The notes beneath the pieces were generated by a model. It did not search any database. It saw only the letters and a program-made list of their open reading frames with translations, and was not told the DNA's origin. Both the position numbers and the translations under genes were made by a program. A stretch of 64,000 bases of DNA from an uncultured Clostridia bacterium (GTDB lineage Bacteria; Bacillota; Clostridia; Christensenellales; CAG-314). The stretch lies in assembly GCA_947053925.1 (NCBI GenBank), contig CAMRUG010000001.1:68768-132767 (forward strand), in the 5' to 3' direction. Positions 27,034 through 39,766 of the stretch are shown in pieces; the first letter of the stretch is position 1, and every line of letters begins with the position of its first letter.

Positions 27034-29718
27034 TTATTTTTTAATATATTTTGCCAAGGTGTTTTGAACAATTTCTATATCGATAGGTTTTGCAATATGT
27101 GCATTCATTCCGCATTCCAAACACTTTTTCATATCGTCGGCAAATGCGTCCGCAGTCATCGCTATAATCGGCAAATCTTTGTCGGGGTGGTTAAGTTTTC
27201 TTATTTCCGCCGTTGCTTCGTAACCGTTCATAACGGGCATTCTTATATCCATTAGTATTGCCGCGTATGTTCCCTGTTTAGAATTGTTGAGCATATCTAC
27301 GCAGATTTGTCCGTTTTCAGCATGGTCGCAGGTGATGCCTACGCTTTCAAGTAGTGCTTCGGCGATTTCCCAGTTCAAATCGTTATCTTCTGCAAGCAAT
27401 ACGTGGGTTCCTTCGAGATTGACTTTTTTAACGGGCGTTTTGTTTTCCGAATGAGTTGCTTCCGTTCCGTCGGCAAATTGTTTCAATCCATAGAATAAAG
27501 TCGACTTGAACAGCGGTTTGCTGATAAATCCGCAAATACCTGCCGCCTTTGCTTCTTCTTCGATTTCGCTCCAATCGTATGCAGAGATAAGTAAAATAGG
27601 CGTACCGTCGTCTCCCAGTTTTTTGCGGATTTGCTTTGCCGCTTCAATACCGTCAATGCCGGGCAGTTTCCAGTCCATAAGTATAATATCAAAACCGTTG
27701 CGTGCTTTGTGTGCTTGGACGGTTTTTTCTATTGCACTTTCGCCGTCTAACGTCCACTTGGCATCGATACCGATTTCTTTTAGAGATGCAACGGTGGATT
27801 CGCACAGTTGTTCGTCATCGTCTACTATCAGCATCTTCCAGTTCGGGAGGATCATTTCTTCTTCGGGTATGATAGCCTTTTCAAGGTCGAGTGTAATACG
27901 GAACTCTGTTCCGACGCCTTGCTCGCTGTGAAGTTCGATTGTTCCCTTCATAGCATCTACGATATATTTCGTTATGGACATTCCCAGTCCTGTACCTTCT
28001 GTACGGTGTACGCGTTTGGTATCTTCGCGCGAGAAAGATTCGAATACTTTCTTTTGATATTCCGGAGACATACCTATACCGTTGTCCTTAACACGTATGC
28101 GAGTGCGTATAAAATCGTCGCCGATAGGGGAAGATTCTTGTTCAAAGTGTACTTCGATTGTTCCTTCTTCTCCCGTAAATTTGATTGCGTTAGAAAGGAG
28201 ATTCAAAAGCACTTGGTTTAAACGCACGCTGTCGCAATAAACGTTTTCTTGCTGTACGTTATGAATAATAACGTTAAAGTGCTGGCGTTTTATTTTTACT
28301 TGCGGTTGGACAATAGTGGTAATTCCGTCTAACACTTCGCGCAGCGATATTTGTTCCATATTAAGCGTCATTTTACCGCTTTCGATTTTAGACATGTCCA
28401 AAACGTCGTTAATAAGTCCAAGCAAATGTTTGCTTGAAATAGCAATCTTTTTGAGGCAGTCTTTAACTTGCTGCGGATTGTCGATATTAGATCTTGCTAT
28501 CGCGGTCATTCCGACAATGGCATTCATCGGCGTGCGTATGTCGTGCGACATATTCGACAAAAACTCGCTTTTTGCTTTGCTTGCGTCCAACGCTTCGGCG
28601 CGGGCGTGTTCCAGTTGTCTTAGCGTCCGTCTGTTAAAGTGATTGTACAAAACGAATATTGCTATCAAAATTAAAAATATCGCTACAACCGCAATGATAA
28701 TCATTGTTGCCCATTGGTTGTTTAATTGGCCGATTACCGAATTCAAGTCGGAATTGTCTGTCAACGATACCAGATACCATTCCGACAGTTCCAACTTATT
28801 GCAGTACATATAAATGTGTTTGTCATTAACGTGCAATATTTTTGAATAAACTGCATTTGTCTGTTTGCTGTCGTTGTCGTTAGTTTTTGAATTATTGTTC
28901 ATTTTGTCGCTTAACTCTTGCAATACCGTTTTAATATCGTCGCTAGGAAATTTTTGAGTTAATAACGAATCAAAATCTTTGTATGACGAAGCGTCTACGT
29001 CTCCATTTAAAACAAACGAAGCGTCTTTACGTATAATGTAGGCGTCGACATTTTGATAAGAAGCGTCGTTCTCAAGGTTGAGCATTTTTACAAAATCGCT
29101 ATTGCTGACGCCGGCAATAAGAGCCATACTCTTTTCTCCGCTGGGCATTTCATATAAATCCGTAGGAACACTAAACAGTACAAGGTCTTCTCCCGCAGTA
29201 TTATCTGTATGCAATTCCGTACCGACTGCAACTTTAGATTCGCGGCTCAAAATAGATAATCGGAAAGATTTGGGGTCGGTGGAAACAAAATTGCCGTAAA
29301 TACAATCGATTTCCCGTCCTTTTTTGGGGTCGGAAATCAACGGATCGTTTTCGCCCGTAGCTGTAATACGCACGAATGCAAGATTAGAAAAACCGCGGTT
29401 TTTGGCGCTTGCTTCTAATGCTTTGCGGTATTCGGGGTCGTTTGGAGAATAATCCTTGATTAAAGCTTCTACCATTTGGAGACGTTGTTCCATAATCGCT
29501 TCAAAACGTTTAGAAAACTGGTAGTTTGTCTCTTTCATAGTATTTCCGCCTATAAGGTCAAGCGCGTTATTACTGGTATTAGTCATGTGTACGCCCAAAA
29601 AGCTAAACAAAGCGGCGCAAATTACTACGCATACGATAATTACTATTAACATTATGCGTTGACTGTTAGCTGACCACAGACGTTTTTTGGTAGGTGCTGT
29701 GTTTTCTTTAGTTGACAT
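27034..29718 (-). CDS. Hybrid sensor histidine kinase with two receiver domains
   Basis: Two TMs around an extracellular domain, H-box FLSNMSHDIRTPMN, NLLSNAIKF, DNGIGM, GTGLG, receivers ILMDWKLP and ILMDIRMP. Confidence 0.93.
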   Translation of the reverse strand: MSTKENTAPTKKRLWSANSQRIMLIVIIVCVVICAALFSFLGVHMTNTSNNALDLIGGNTMKETNYQFSKRFEAIMEQRLQMVEALIKDYSPNDPEYRKALEASAKNRGFSNLAFVRITATGENDPLISDPKKGREIDCIYGNFVSTDPKSFRLSILSRESKVAVGTELHTDNTAGEDLVLFSVPTDLYEMPSGEKSMALIAGVSNSDFVKMLNLENDASYQNVDAYIIRKDASFVLNGDVDASSYKDFDSLLTQKFPSDDIKTVLQELSDKMNNNSKTNDNDSKQTNAVYSKILHVNDKHIYMYCNKLELSEWYLVSLTDNSDLNSVIGQLNNQWATMIIIAVVAIFLILIAIFVLYNHFNRRTLRQLEHARAEALDASKAKSEFLSNMSHDIRTPMNAIVGMTAIARSNIDNPQQVKDCLKKIAISSKHLLGLINDVLDMSKIESGKMTLNMEQISLREVLDGITTIVQPQVKIKRQHFNVIIHNVQQENVYCDSVRLNQVLLNLLSNAIKFTGEEGTIEVHFEQESSPIGDDFIRTRIRVKDNGIGMSPEYQKKVFESFSREDTKRVHRTEGTGLGMSITKYIVDAMKGTIELHSEQGVGTEFRITLDLEKAIIPEEEMILPNWKMLIVDDDEQLCESTVASLKEIGIDAKWTLDGESAIEKTVQAHKARNGFDIILMDWKLPGIDGIEAAKQIRKKLGDDGTPILLISAYDWSEIEEEAKAAGICGFISKPLFKSTLFYGLKQFADGTEATHSENKTPVKKVNLEGTHVLLAEDNDLNWEIAEALLESVGITCDHAENGQICVDMLNNSKQGTYAAILMDIRMPVMNGYEATAEIRKLNHPDKDLPIIAMTADAFADDMKKCLECGMNAHIAKPIDIEIVQNTLAKYIKK

Positions 29719-29857
29719 ATTTTCCTCCGAAAAAAACATTAAAACCAAATATTTTCAAGCATATTTTAACCGAGAAATTTAGTAAAGTCAATCGTAAACA
29801 GGTATTATTTATATATATTATAATATAATTTCACGGAATAATGAGATTTACCAACGA

Positions 29858-29889
29858 AAAACCCCGATTTTTTATCAATCGGGGTTTTA
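29858..29889 (-). terminator. Terminator after the HAD gene
   Basis: AAAACCCCGATT...AATCGGGGTTTT. Confidence 0.7.
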
Positions 29890-29903
29890 CAAGTATTACT
29901 TAT

Positions 29904-30626
29904 TTATTTTAAGAGAATCGAACTGATTTCTGCGAAATTGCCGTCGCTGATAGTATATTTCGGCGCAAAGCGCGGTTTTGCGTCAGGGTCGGTTAAATTT
30001 GTTCTTATCCAAATGCAATCTATTTTTGCGTTTTTCGCGCCGTCAACGTCGGCTTGAGGATCGTTGCCTATGTATATCGTTTCGTTTTTGTCAAGTTTGT
30101 ATTTTTCAAACAGAACTTTAAATAGTTCTGCCGAAGGCTTTGCGCATTTGTAATCGGACGAGTAAATAATACCGTCAAAATAACGCGCTATTCCCAATTT
30201 TACAAGTTCGGGACGCGTAAAACATCTTTGAGCGTTAGAAACGATATACAGTTTTTTCTTGGCTTTTTTAAGTTTGGTCAACGTCTCGGTTACGCCGTTA
30301 TATAAACGCAATCTTTCAGTGCTGAATGCGCGGAATTCTTGCGCCAAATGGGTGGCAAGAATTTTACTTGTTTTTTTGTTTTTGTTTTCAAAAAGATGAC
30401 GGAACACCTCTACAATGTCAACTTCGGGATGAGTGTGTTCTTTTTCTCCCGCTTTCATCTGAAGGTCGCAGCTCATAAAATACGCTTCTTTAAGTTCTTC
30501 TGCTGTGTAATTGACGTCGTAAAACGCCAGTGTGTCCGCAAGCTTCTGCCACGTTGAAATTTCATATTCGTTGGTATGTATGTCTATTAACGTGCCGTAA
30601 ATATCAAAAACGATATTCTTATACAT
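29904..30626 (-). CDS. HAD family hydrolase
   Basis: FDIYGTLID, SNAQ, KP, IGND...DVDGA. Confidence 0.9.
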   Translation of the reverse strand: MYKNIVFDIYGTLIDIHTNEYEISTWQKLADTLAFYDVNYTAEELKEAYFMSCDLQMKAGEKEHTHPEVDIVEVFRHLFENKNKKTSKILATHLAQEFRAFSTERLRLYNGVTETLTKLKKAKKKLYIVSNAQRCFTRPELVKLGIARYFDGIIYSSDYKCAKPSAELFKVLFEKYKLDKNETIYIGNDPQADVDGAKNAKIDCIWIRTNLTDPDAKPRFAPKYTISDGNFAEISSILLK

Positions 30627-30833
30627 AATTGTTTCTCCTTATTATCGTCGCTTGTATTGTAAAACTATTTTAAAATTTTGTAAAGCTTTGTGCAGTTTAT
30701 ACACAAAATTTTTAATTGTTAAAGCGTATGCTCCGATAGGGGCTAAGCGTAAGAGACATACGAACGATTGCTTTTTCCGCTCGGCAAATTGTAAATACGC
30801 AAATATATTTGTATGAGTCTTATGGGGAACGGA

Positions 30834-31163
30834 TCAGTATCCTAAGTATTCTACGCCGACAAGCAAAATCTCGTTAATTTTAGGGTTAGAAATTTTATAT
30901 TTTAAAATTTTACCTTGCCTTTCGCATTTGACGACGTCGGTATCGCGCAGTAAGCGTAACTGGTGGGACACGGTCGTTTGGTTCATATTGAGAATTTTAG
31001 ACATATCCGTTACGCAAAGCGGAGAAATCGCAAGCGCAGACAGCAGTTTTACACGGGACGGGTCGGCAAGCAAAGCAAAAAATCTTGCGATTTTGGCGGC
31101 GGTATCGTCGTCGGGCATATAACAGTCTAGGTCGTCCAATACTTGCGGAGTTGCGGTAAGCAT
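30834..31163 (-). CDS. ArsR/SmtB family transcriptional regulator
   Basis: LADPSRVKLLSAL, LCVTDM, QTTVSHQLRLLR, ERQGK. Confidence 0.9.
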   Translation of the reverse strand: MLTATPQVLDDLDCYMPDDDTAAKIARFFALLADPSRVKLLSALAISPLCVTDMSKILNMNQTTVSHQLRLLRDTDVVKCERQGKILKYKISNPKINEILLVGVEYLGY

Positions 31164-31232
31164 AAATCTTTCTCCTTGAAAATAGAATAATTAAGGCTTG
31201 TACTTTATTTCAAAGATAATGGTACATTATGC

Positions 31233-31260
31233 ACGTTTGAGAAAGTTGTCGCATATTGTA
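31233..31260 (+). promoter_or_regulatory. Putative SigK/SigE mother-cell promoter
   Basis: AC (31233-34), 17 nt, CATA-TTG-TA (31252-60) fits AC-N17-CATANNNTA. Confidence 0.5.
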
Positions 31261-31298
31261 GTAAAAAAACAAAGTTTGTAAAAACAAAGGGGATTTGT

Positions 31299-31538
31299 AT
31301 GAATATTTCAACCAGTTTGCTCTATTTGCTTCTGTTGTATGCCGTTTTAGATAAAGACAACAAATTGTCGTTGACGACGGGACTTATTATTGCCTTTGTC
31401 ATAATGCTGTTAAATTGTTATTATAACTGCCGTTGCTGTAATAATAACAGTCTTAACAACGGTCAAACTACTACGACAACGACAACAACTAATACCGGCA
31501 GCAGTTTCTTCAACGCTGTTAACGGCTTTGCGTTTTAG
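31299..31538 (+). CDS. Small hydrophobic protein with Cys/Asn/Thr-rich tail (possible sporulation protein)
   Basis: AAGGGGA RBS, own terminator, two hydrophobic stretches then CYYNCRCCNNN and a poly-Thr run. Confidence 0.7.
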   Translation: MNISTSLLYLLLLYAVLDKDNKLSLTTGLIIAFVIMLLNCYYNCRCCNNNSLNNGQTTTTTTTTNTGSSFFNAVNGFAF

Positions 31539-31548
31539 TCCGCGTAAA

Positions 31549-31585
31549 CAAAGAAACTTCCCGTAATTTGCGGGAAGTTTCTTTG
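31549..31585. terminator. Bidirectional terminator
   Basis: AAAGAAACTTCCCGTA...TGCGGGAAGTTTCTTT. Confidence 0.8.
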
Positions 31586-31619
31586 TGTTTTACATCAAAT
31601 ATAATCGAAGAATATATTT

Positions 31620-32726
31620 CTAATAAATCTTTTCTTCACACACTCCGTTGTTTATCGTAAAATACTTACATTCGTTTTTAATTAAATCGGCATCGATTTC
31701 TGTGGCGGTGGTAAGCAGTATTTGTAAATCGTCGTCAAAGTTCAACAGGCGTTTTTGTCTGTCCAAATCCAATTCGCTCAAAACGTCGTCTAAAATCAGT
31801 ACGGGTCGTTCGCCGATGATGTCTTTTATTATGCTGAGTTCCGCAAGCTTCAATGCTAACGCCGCGGTGCGTTGTTGACCTTGGCTGCCGAAACTTCTTA
31901 CGTCGATACCGTTTATTTTTAATGAAATATCGTCGCGTTGGCAACCGACGGAAGTGTGCCTTAACTGAAAGTCTTTTTCTGCCGATTGGTCTAATAGATG
32001 CATATAGTCGACAGCGGTCGATTCGTAATCGTCGCCTTTAATTTGCGTAACGTATTCCACCGTCAAATTTTCTTTACCGTCCGAAAGCGCAGTATGACAT
32101 TGCGCGGCGTAAACCTTCAATTTTTCGCAAAACGCTCTGCGCTTTAATACGACTTTTGCGCCTTCTTCGGCAAGTTGGCTGTTCCATACAAACAGCAAGT
32201 CTTGAATTTCGTCAAGAGTTCGGGCTTGTTTCAGTAAGTTATTGCGTTGCATAAGCGCTTTGTTGTAACGGGATAAACTGTAAAAATAGTTTTTGTCGGT
32301 TTGACACAGGTCTATATCCAAAAACCGTCTGCGTTCCGCAGGCGACTGGCTTATTATTTTTATTTCGTTAGGCGAAAAGTAAATACAGTTGAGGTATCCC
32401 ATCAATTCTCCCATTCGGGTAATCGGTACCGAATTGACGGAAATTTGTTTTTTTGCGTCGGCGCGAAAAGCAATGCAAATATCTCCGTCGCCGTAGCGGC
32501 ACTTGTATTTTACTTTGACATAGGCATTTTCTTCATTCCACCGTATTAAATCTTTATCTTTATCGGTACGCGGACTTTTACCCAGACAGCACAAATAAAC
32601 GCTTTCAACAAGATTGGTTTTCCCTTGCGCGTTGTCTCCCGTAAAAATATTGAGTTTGTAGGACGGCTTGACCGTTTGTTCTGCAAGATTGCGCAGATTG
32701 CAAACGGATATTTCGGTAACTATCAT
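31620..32726 (-). CDS. recF: DNA replication/repair protein RecF
   Basis: GDNAQGKTNL, PAERRRFLD, FGSQGQQRT, LDDVLSELD; start taken at ATG 32726. Confidence 0.95.
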   Translation of the reverse strand: MIVTEISVCNLRNLAEQTVKPSYKLNIFTGDNAQGKTNLVESVYLCCLGKSPRTDKDKDLIRWNEENAYVKVKYKCRYGDGDICIAFRADAKKQISVNSVPITRMGELMGYLNCIYFSPNEIKIISQSPAERRRFLDIDLCQTDKNYFYSLSRYNKALMQRNNLLKQARTLDEIQDLLFVWNSQLAEEGAKVVLKRRAFCEKLKVYAAQCHTALSDGKENLTVEYVTQIKGDDYESTAVDYMHLLDQSAEKDFQLRHTSVGCQRDDISLKINGIDVRSFGSQGQQRTAALALKLAELSIIKDIIGERPVLILDDVLSELDLDRQKRLLNFDDDLQILLTTATEIDADLIKNECKYFTINNGVCEEKIY

Positions 32727-33142
32727 ATATTCAGTATAACACAATTTAAAGCGGTTTACAACTGTTGCGCAGTATTGCACAAGTGTTTGTAAACGAATTA
32801 TCCAAACATATATTCAAAATTCAATAAAAGCGTTAAAATAATATTTAAGCGGAATTCGTCAAAAACGACACCCTATTCAAGTTTATACCATTTTGCCGAA
32901 ATAGGGCGATTTAACGCCCGTAAAAAAGAAATTGTTTCAGAAAATGTTTTTAAAAAGTGTACAAATATAATATTGTATGGTATAATAAAAACAATCGGAC
33001 GACGGTGTTTTTCTAAATATTTTTTTGTGGAAACAATGCGTATTATGCGCTTTAGTTTTAAAAGCGTCGATAATAACTTTTTTTGACAGACAAGATATTT
33101 TAAAAATCGTGGTCAAAACAAATATTTTATTAAAAGGAGTAA

Positions 33143-35050
<1,908 letters not shown>

Positions 35051-35061
35051 GAGAAATTACT

Positions 35062-37551
35062 ATGGCAAAACAACCGGAAAATCATCAAATAGATTATGTA
35101 GAAGCGTTAGATAAAACTAACGTCAAAGTAGTTAAAATGGAAGAGGAAATGAAAAAATCGTTTATTGCTTACGCAATGGCGGTTAACGTTTCCCGTGCTA
35201 TTCCCGATGTTCGCGACGGCTTAAAACCGGTACACAGACGTATACTTTACGCTATGGGCGAACTGAACTTATATAATGACAAGCCGTACCGTAAATGCGC
35301 GCGTATCGTCGGCGACGTTTTGGGTAAATACCATCCTCACGGAGATTCTGCCGTTTACGAAGCGTTGGTGCGTTTGGCGCAGGACTTTTCTATACGTTGT
35401 CCGTTAGTTGACGGTCAAGGTAACTTCGGTTCTGTCGACGGCGACCCTCCGGCGGCTCAACGTTATACCGAAGCAAGACTTTCTAAAATAGCTTCAGAAA
35501 TGTTAAGAGAAATCGACAAAAACACCGTTGATTTCTATCCCAACTTCGACAATACTTTAATGCAGCCGACAGTTCTTCCCAGTCGTTTCCCCAACTTGTT
35601 GGTAAACGGTGCGGACGGTATCGCGGTAGGTATGGCAACAAATATCCCGCCTCACAATCTCGGTGAAGTAATCGACGGTGCAATTGCGGTTTTAAACAAT
35701 CCCGATATTACCGTCGAAGAACTTATGAAGATTATCCCTGCTCCCGATTTCCCGACGGGCGGTATAATGATGGGGCGCGTAGGCGTCCGTAATGCGTACA
35801 AAACGGGTAAGGGCAGTATTTTAGTAAGGGCAAAGACCGATATTGAAGAACACAACGGACGTCAGCGCATAATAGTTACAGAATTGCCTTATCAAGTAAA
35901 CAAGGCAAAACTTGTCGAAAATATTGCGGGTATGGTAAAGGATAAGCGTATCGAAGGCATTTCCGATATCCGCGAAGAAAGCGACAGACACGGTATGCGT
36001 ATCGTATTCGAATTGAAACGCGACGCTAACGCGCAAGTTGTACTTAATACGCTGTTTAAGCATACGCAACTTCAAGTTTCCGACGGTATAACGTTGCTTG
36101 CGCTTGCAGACGGCGAACCGAGAATAATGTCGCTGAAAGAAATTTTGACGCATTATATCGACCACCAAAGAGAAGTTATTGTACGCCGTACCAAATTCGA
36201 TTTGGAAAAGGCGGAAGACAGATACCATATTATCGAGGGCTTGGTAATTGCGCTTGATAATATCGACAGAGTAATAGCAATAATCAAGAGCAGCGAAGAC
36301 AAGCAGTCGGCGGCGGCTGCTTTGATGAAAGAATTCAAATTATCCGAACGCCAAACAAACGCTATTCTCGAAATGAAACTGTCGCGTTTAACCCATTTGG
36401 AAGTAGAGAGTTTGAGACAGGAACTTGCAGAACTCGACGCTTTGATTAAGGATTTAAAAGACATTTTGGCAAAGCCCGCGAGAGTGTCGGATATCATCGT
36501 TTCCGAAATGGGCGAAATCCGCGACAAATACGGCGAACCGCGTAAGACGGAAATTTGCACGGACTATTCGGAAATAGACATAGGCGACCTTATCGAAAAG
36601 GAAGACGTTGTAATTTCTATGACGCATTTAGGATACGTTAAACGTCTGCCTATAACCGAATACCACACGCAAAAACGCGGCGGCAAGGGCGTAACGGCGC
36701 ACAAACCGCGCGAAGAAGACTTTGTCGAAAATATGTTTATCACAAACACTCACGACGATTTGCTGTTCTTTACAAACCGCGGTAAAGTGTATTGCATAAA
36801 GGGATACGAGGTGCCCGAAGCAGAGCGTACTGCAAGAGGCAGAGCAATAGTTAACATATTGCAACTAGATAACGGCGAAAAGGTAACCGCGGTTATCCCC
36901 CGTAAGGAAGATTCGCGCGGCAACCTTATTATGGCAACGCGTAACGGACTTATCAAAAAGACAAATCTTACGGAATTCGAGTCTATCCGCAAAACGGGTA
37001 AAATTGCCATTTCGCTTGTCGATGACGACGAACTTATCGGCGTAGATATGACTACGGGTTATGACGAAATCTTAATGGCAAGCCACGAGGGTAAGTGTAT
37101 CCGTTTTGCCGAAGAAGAAGTCCGTCCTATGGGACGCGAGGCGCAAGGCGTCAGGTCTATTAAACTCGACAAGGGCGATTACGTTGTAGATATGGCAATT
37201 GCCCGCAACGGACTAGAAGTACTTACCGTTACCGAAAACGGTTACGGCAAACGCAGCGATTTGATCGATTACCGTCTGCAATCCCGCGCAGGTAAAGGTA
37301 TTAAAGCCGGCGTATTTAACAAAAAGACGGGCAAACTTGTAAATCTAAAACTTATCAACCCCGAAAATGACGTAATGCTTATTGCCGATAATGGAATAGT
37401 AATCCGCATAAGAGCCAAAGACGTTTCTAAAATCGGACGCGACACTATGGGCGTAAGAGTTATGAAGTTTAAAGGCGAAGCGCAAGTCGTGTGCGTTTCC
37501 GAAAGCCCCGTTGCCGATGAAATAGAAACAGACGGCGAAGCGGCAGAATAA
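35062..37551 (+). CDS. gyrA: DNA gyrase subunit A
   Basis: [14 protein letters not shown] catalytic Tyr, GyrA-box QKRGGKG. Confidence 0.96.
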   Translation: MAKQPENHQIDYVEALDKTNVKVVKMEEEMKKSFIAYAMAVNVSRAIPDVRDGLKPVHRRILYAMGELNLYNDKPYRKCARIVGDVLGKYHPHGDSAVYEALVRLAQDFSIRCPLVDGQGNFGSVDGDPPAAQRYTEARLSKIASEMLREIDKNTVDFYPNFDNTLMQPTVLPSRFPNLLVNGADGIAVGMATNIPPHNLGEVIDGAIAVLNNPDITVEELMKIIPAPDFPTGGIMMGRVGVRNAYKTGKGSILVRAKTDIEEHNGRQRIIVTELPYQVNKAKLVENIAGMVKDKRIEGISDIREESDRHGMRIVFELKRDANAQVVLNTLFKHTQLQVSDGITLLALADGEPRIMSLKEILTHYIDHQREVIVRRTKFDLEKAEDRYHIIEGLVIALDNIDRVIAIIKSSEDKQSAAAALMKEFKLSERQTNAILEMKLSRLTHLEVESLRQELAELDALIKDLKDILAKPARVSDIIVSEMGEIRDKYGEPRKTEICTDYSEIDIGDLIEKEDVVISMTHLGYVKRLPITEYHTQKRGGKGVTAHKPREEDFVENMFITNTHDDLLFFTNRGKVYCIKGYEVPEAERTARGRAIVNILQLDNGEKVTAVIPRKEDSRGNLIMATRNGLIKKTNLTEFESIRKTGKIAISLVDDDELIGVDMTTGYDEILMASHEGKCIRFAEEEVRPMGREAQGVRSIKLDKGDYVVDMAIARNGLEVLTVTENGYGKRSDLIDYRLQSRAGKGIKAGVFNKKTGKLVNLKLINPENDVMLIADNGIVIRIRAKDVSKIGRDTMGVRVMKFKGEAQVVCVSESPVADEIETDGEAAE

Positions 37552-37558
37552 TGTAAGC

Positions 37559-37594
37559 AAATTCGTAACGCGTCATATTACGCGTTACGAATTT
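37559..37594. other. Perfect 15-bp intercistronic hairpin between gyrA and argS
   Basis: AAATTCGTAACGCGT-catatt-ACGCGTTACGAATTT. Confidence 0.7.
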
Positions 37595-37610
37595 CTGATA
37601 GGAGAAAATT

Positions 37611-39308
37611 TTGAAAGATTACAAACAAATTATTGCAAACAAAATCAATGCTCCGCTTGAAAAAGCGGAGTTAGTTTCGTATATAACCGAAACAGCCGAC
37701 GACAATTTCGGCGATTACGCTTTTCCTTGTTTTAAATTGGCAAAAACTATGCGTATGTCGCCCGTTGCCATTGCCGAAAAACTTGCGGCAGAAATAACTT
37801 GCGACGAAGATATAGTTAAGGCAGAAGCCGTCAACGGTTACTTAAACTTTTTTATAAACCGCAAGGAATTTATTACCGACGTTATAGGAGAAGTTTTAAG
37901 CCAAGAAGAAAACTACGGCAACGATACCGTCGGACAGGGCAAAACGGTATGTATCGATTACAGTTCGGTAAATATCTGTAAGTCTTTCCATATAGGACAT
38001 TTGTCAACTACGGCGATAGGCAGTAGTTTGTACAAAATTTACAAGGCTTTGGGCTACAATGTGGTCGGCATCAATCATTTGGGCGATTACGGTACGCAAT
38101 TCGGCAAAATGATAGTTGCGTACAAGTTGTGGGGAGATTATGACAAAGTACAGCGTGAGGGCGTTGCCGAATTACAGCGTTTGTATGTTAAGTTCCATCA
38201 AGAAGAAGCTGACAAGCCCGAATTGACCGAACAGGCACGTCAATGGTTTGTTAAAATCGAACAGGGCGACGAAGAAGCAAAAAGTCTTTTTGAAATGTTC
38301 AAAGAAATAACTTTAAACGACGTCAAGGAGATTTACAAGCGTCTAAACGTAAATTTTGACAGTTGGAACGGCGAAAGTTTCTATAACGACAAAATGGACG
38401 CGCCGCTAAATATGCTAAGAGAAAAAGGTTTGATTACCGAAAGTCAAGGCGCGCAGATAGTGGATTTAAAGGACTACGATATGCCTCCTTGTCTGCTTGT
38501 GAAAGCCGACGGAAGCAGTTTGTACGCCACTCGTGATATTGCCGCCGCAGTTTGGCGCAAAAACGAATACAACTTCGATAAGTGTCTGTATGTAGTTGCA
38601 TATCAGCAAAACTTGCACTTTAAACAATTTTTCAAAGTACTTGAACTTGCAGGACTGCCTTGGGCAAAAGACCTTGTTCACGTTGCTTACGGTATGGTAA
38701 GTTTGGAAGACGGCGCAATGTCTACGCGTAAGGGTAACGTAGTGCTTTTACGCGACGTAATAAACAAAGCCGTTTCTAAATCTCTCGAAACGATAATTGC
38801 CAAAAACCCCGATTTGGAAGACAAAGAAAAAGTTGCCGAACAGGTTGGTGTGGGCGCAGTACTGTTTTCCGCTCTCGAAAACAGCAAAATTAAGGATATC
38901 ACTTTTACTTTTGACAGGGTGTTGAATTTTGACGGAGAAACTGCTCCGTACTTGCAATATACTTGTTCAAGGTGTAATTCTATTATAGAAAAGTCGGGTA
39001 TGTCTCGGTTTACGCGTATAGCGCACGATATCCGCGCTTTGGATAATATCGAAACTCTTAGACTGTGCAAACTGCTTAAAGCGTTTCCCGAAACGGTCAA
39101 GGACGCGGCATACAAATACGAACCGAGTTTGATTTCCGGTTTGCTTATAGACATAGCGCAAGCATTTAACAGGTTTTATATTGCGCACCGCGTACTGTCC
39201 GATAATTTATCCGAACAAAACGCACGGCTGACGGTTGTCGAAGCCACAGCCGTTACGTTACGCAAGGGTCTGTCGCTATTGGGTATTGAAACGCCGTACA
39301 AAATGTAA
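37611..39308 (+). CDS. argS: Arginine--tRNA ligase
   Basis: DYSSVNICKSFHIGH (HIGH), NHLGDYGTQFG, MSTRKG, FDGETAPYLQY; TTG start after AGGAG. Confidence 0.96.
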   Translation: MKDYKQIIANKINAPLEKAELVSYITETADDNFGDYAFPCFKLAKTMRMSPVAIAEKLAAEITCDEDIVKAEAVNGYLNFFINRKEFITDVIGEVLSQEENYGNDTVGQGKTVCIDYSSVNICKSFHIGHLSTTAIGSSLYKIYKALGYNVVGINHLGDYGTQFGKMIVAYKLWGDYDKVQREGVAELQRLYVKFHQEEADKPELTEQARQWFVKIEQGDEEAKSLFEMFKEITLNDVKEIYKRLNVNFDSWNGESFYNDKMDAPLNMLREKGLITESQGAQIVDLKDYDMPPCLLVKADGSSLYATRDIAAAVWRKNEYNFDKCLYVVAYQQNLHFKQFFKVLELAGLPWAKDLVHVAYGMVSLEDGAMSTRKGNVVLLRDVINKAVSKSLETIIAKNPDLEDKEKVAEQVGVGAVLFSALENSKIKDITFTFDRVLNFDGETAPYLQYTCSRCNSIIEKSGMSRFTRIAHDIRALDNIETLRLCKLLKAFPETVKDAAYKYEPSLISGLLIDIAQAFNRFYIAHRVLSDNLSEQNARLTVVEATAVTLRKGLSLLGIETPYKM

Positions 39309-39645
39309 GTCGCTCGTGTGTATCCGTTTTAACTTCGCGCTTCGCGAGGCGTAATTGTCGCTCGTGCATTCCGCTTTTTATTCCGATTCACTTGCGTTCA
39401 TAGTCAAAAAAGCCGAACACACTCGCTCCTATCATAAAGCGGAGGAACATTATTTAAAATTTGTCGCTCGTGTATTTACACAAAAACGGCTTCACTGCGC
39501 TACGCTTGTTGCAGATTGTTTTAGTTGCGAATGCACTCGCTCTCGGTATCACAAGGTTGAGTTTATTTGAACTTTGTCGCTCGTGCGAACGCACTCGCTC
39601 TCGTAATAAAGCGGAAAGGACAATTATTTAAACTTTGTAGTTCGC
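39309..39645. repeat. Degenerate tandem array of GTCGCTCGTG...CACTCGCTC modules with variable inserts
   Basis: GTCGCTCGTG at 39309, 39357, 39463, 39576; CACTCGCTC at 39420, 39534, 39592; shared ATAAAGCGGA and TTATTTRAAMTTTGT linkers. Confidence 0.75.
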
Positions 39646-39766
39646 ATACATACAATTTACTTGGACTTCGTTATATGGTACTTTACAAACTGTATCTTTG
39701 CCGTTTCAGACCTAAACCTATGTTAATATGAGTTGACAAAACGCAGATATAGGATATAATAAAAAT

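Noticed and set aside
39355-39570. 71-aa ORF in the ORF track
   Set aside because: Runs through the repeat array with a TTG start and no recognisable protein features; likely spurious
39309-39645. CRISPR array
   Set aside because: Repeats are bipartite and degenerate, inserts range from 6 to 61 nt, and there are no cas genes in the window; kept only as a repeat family
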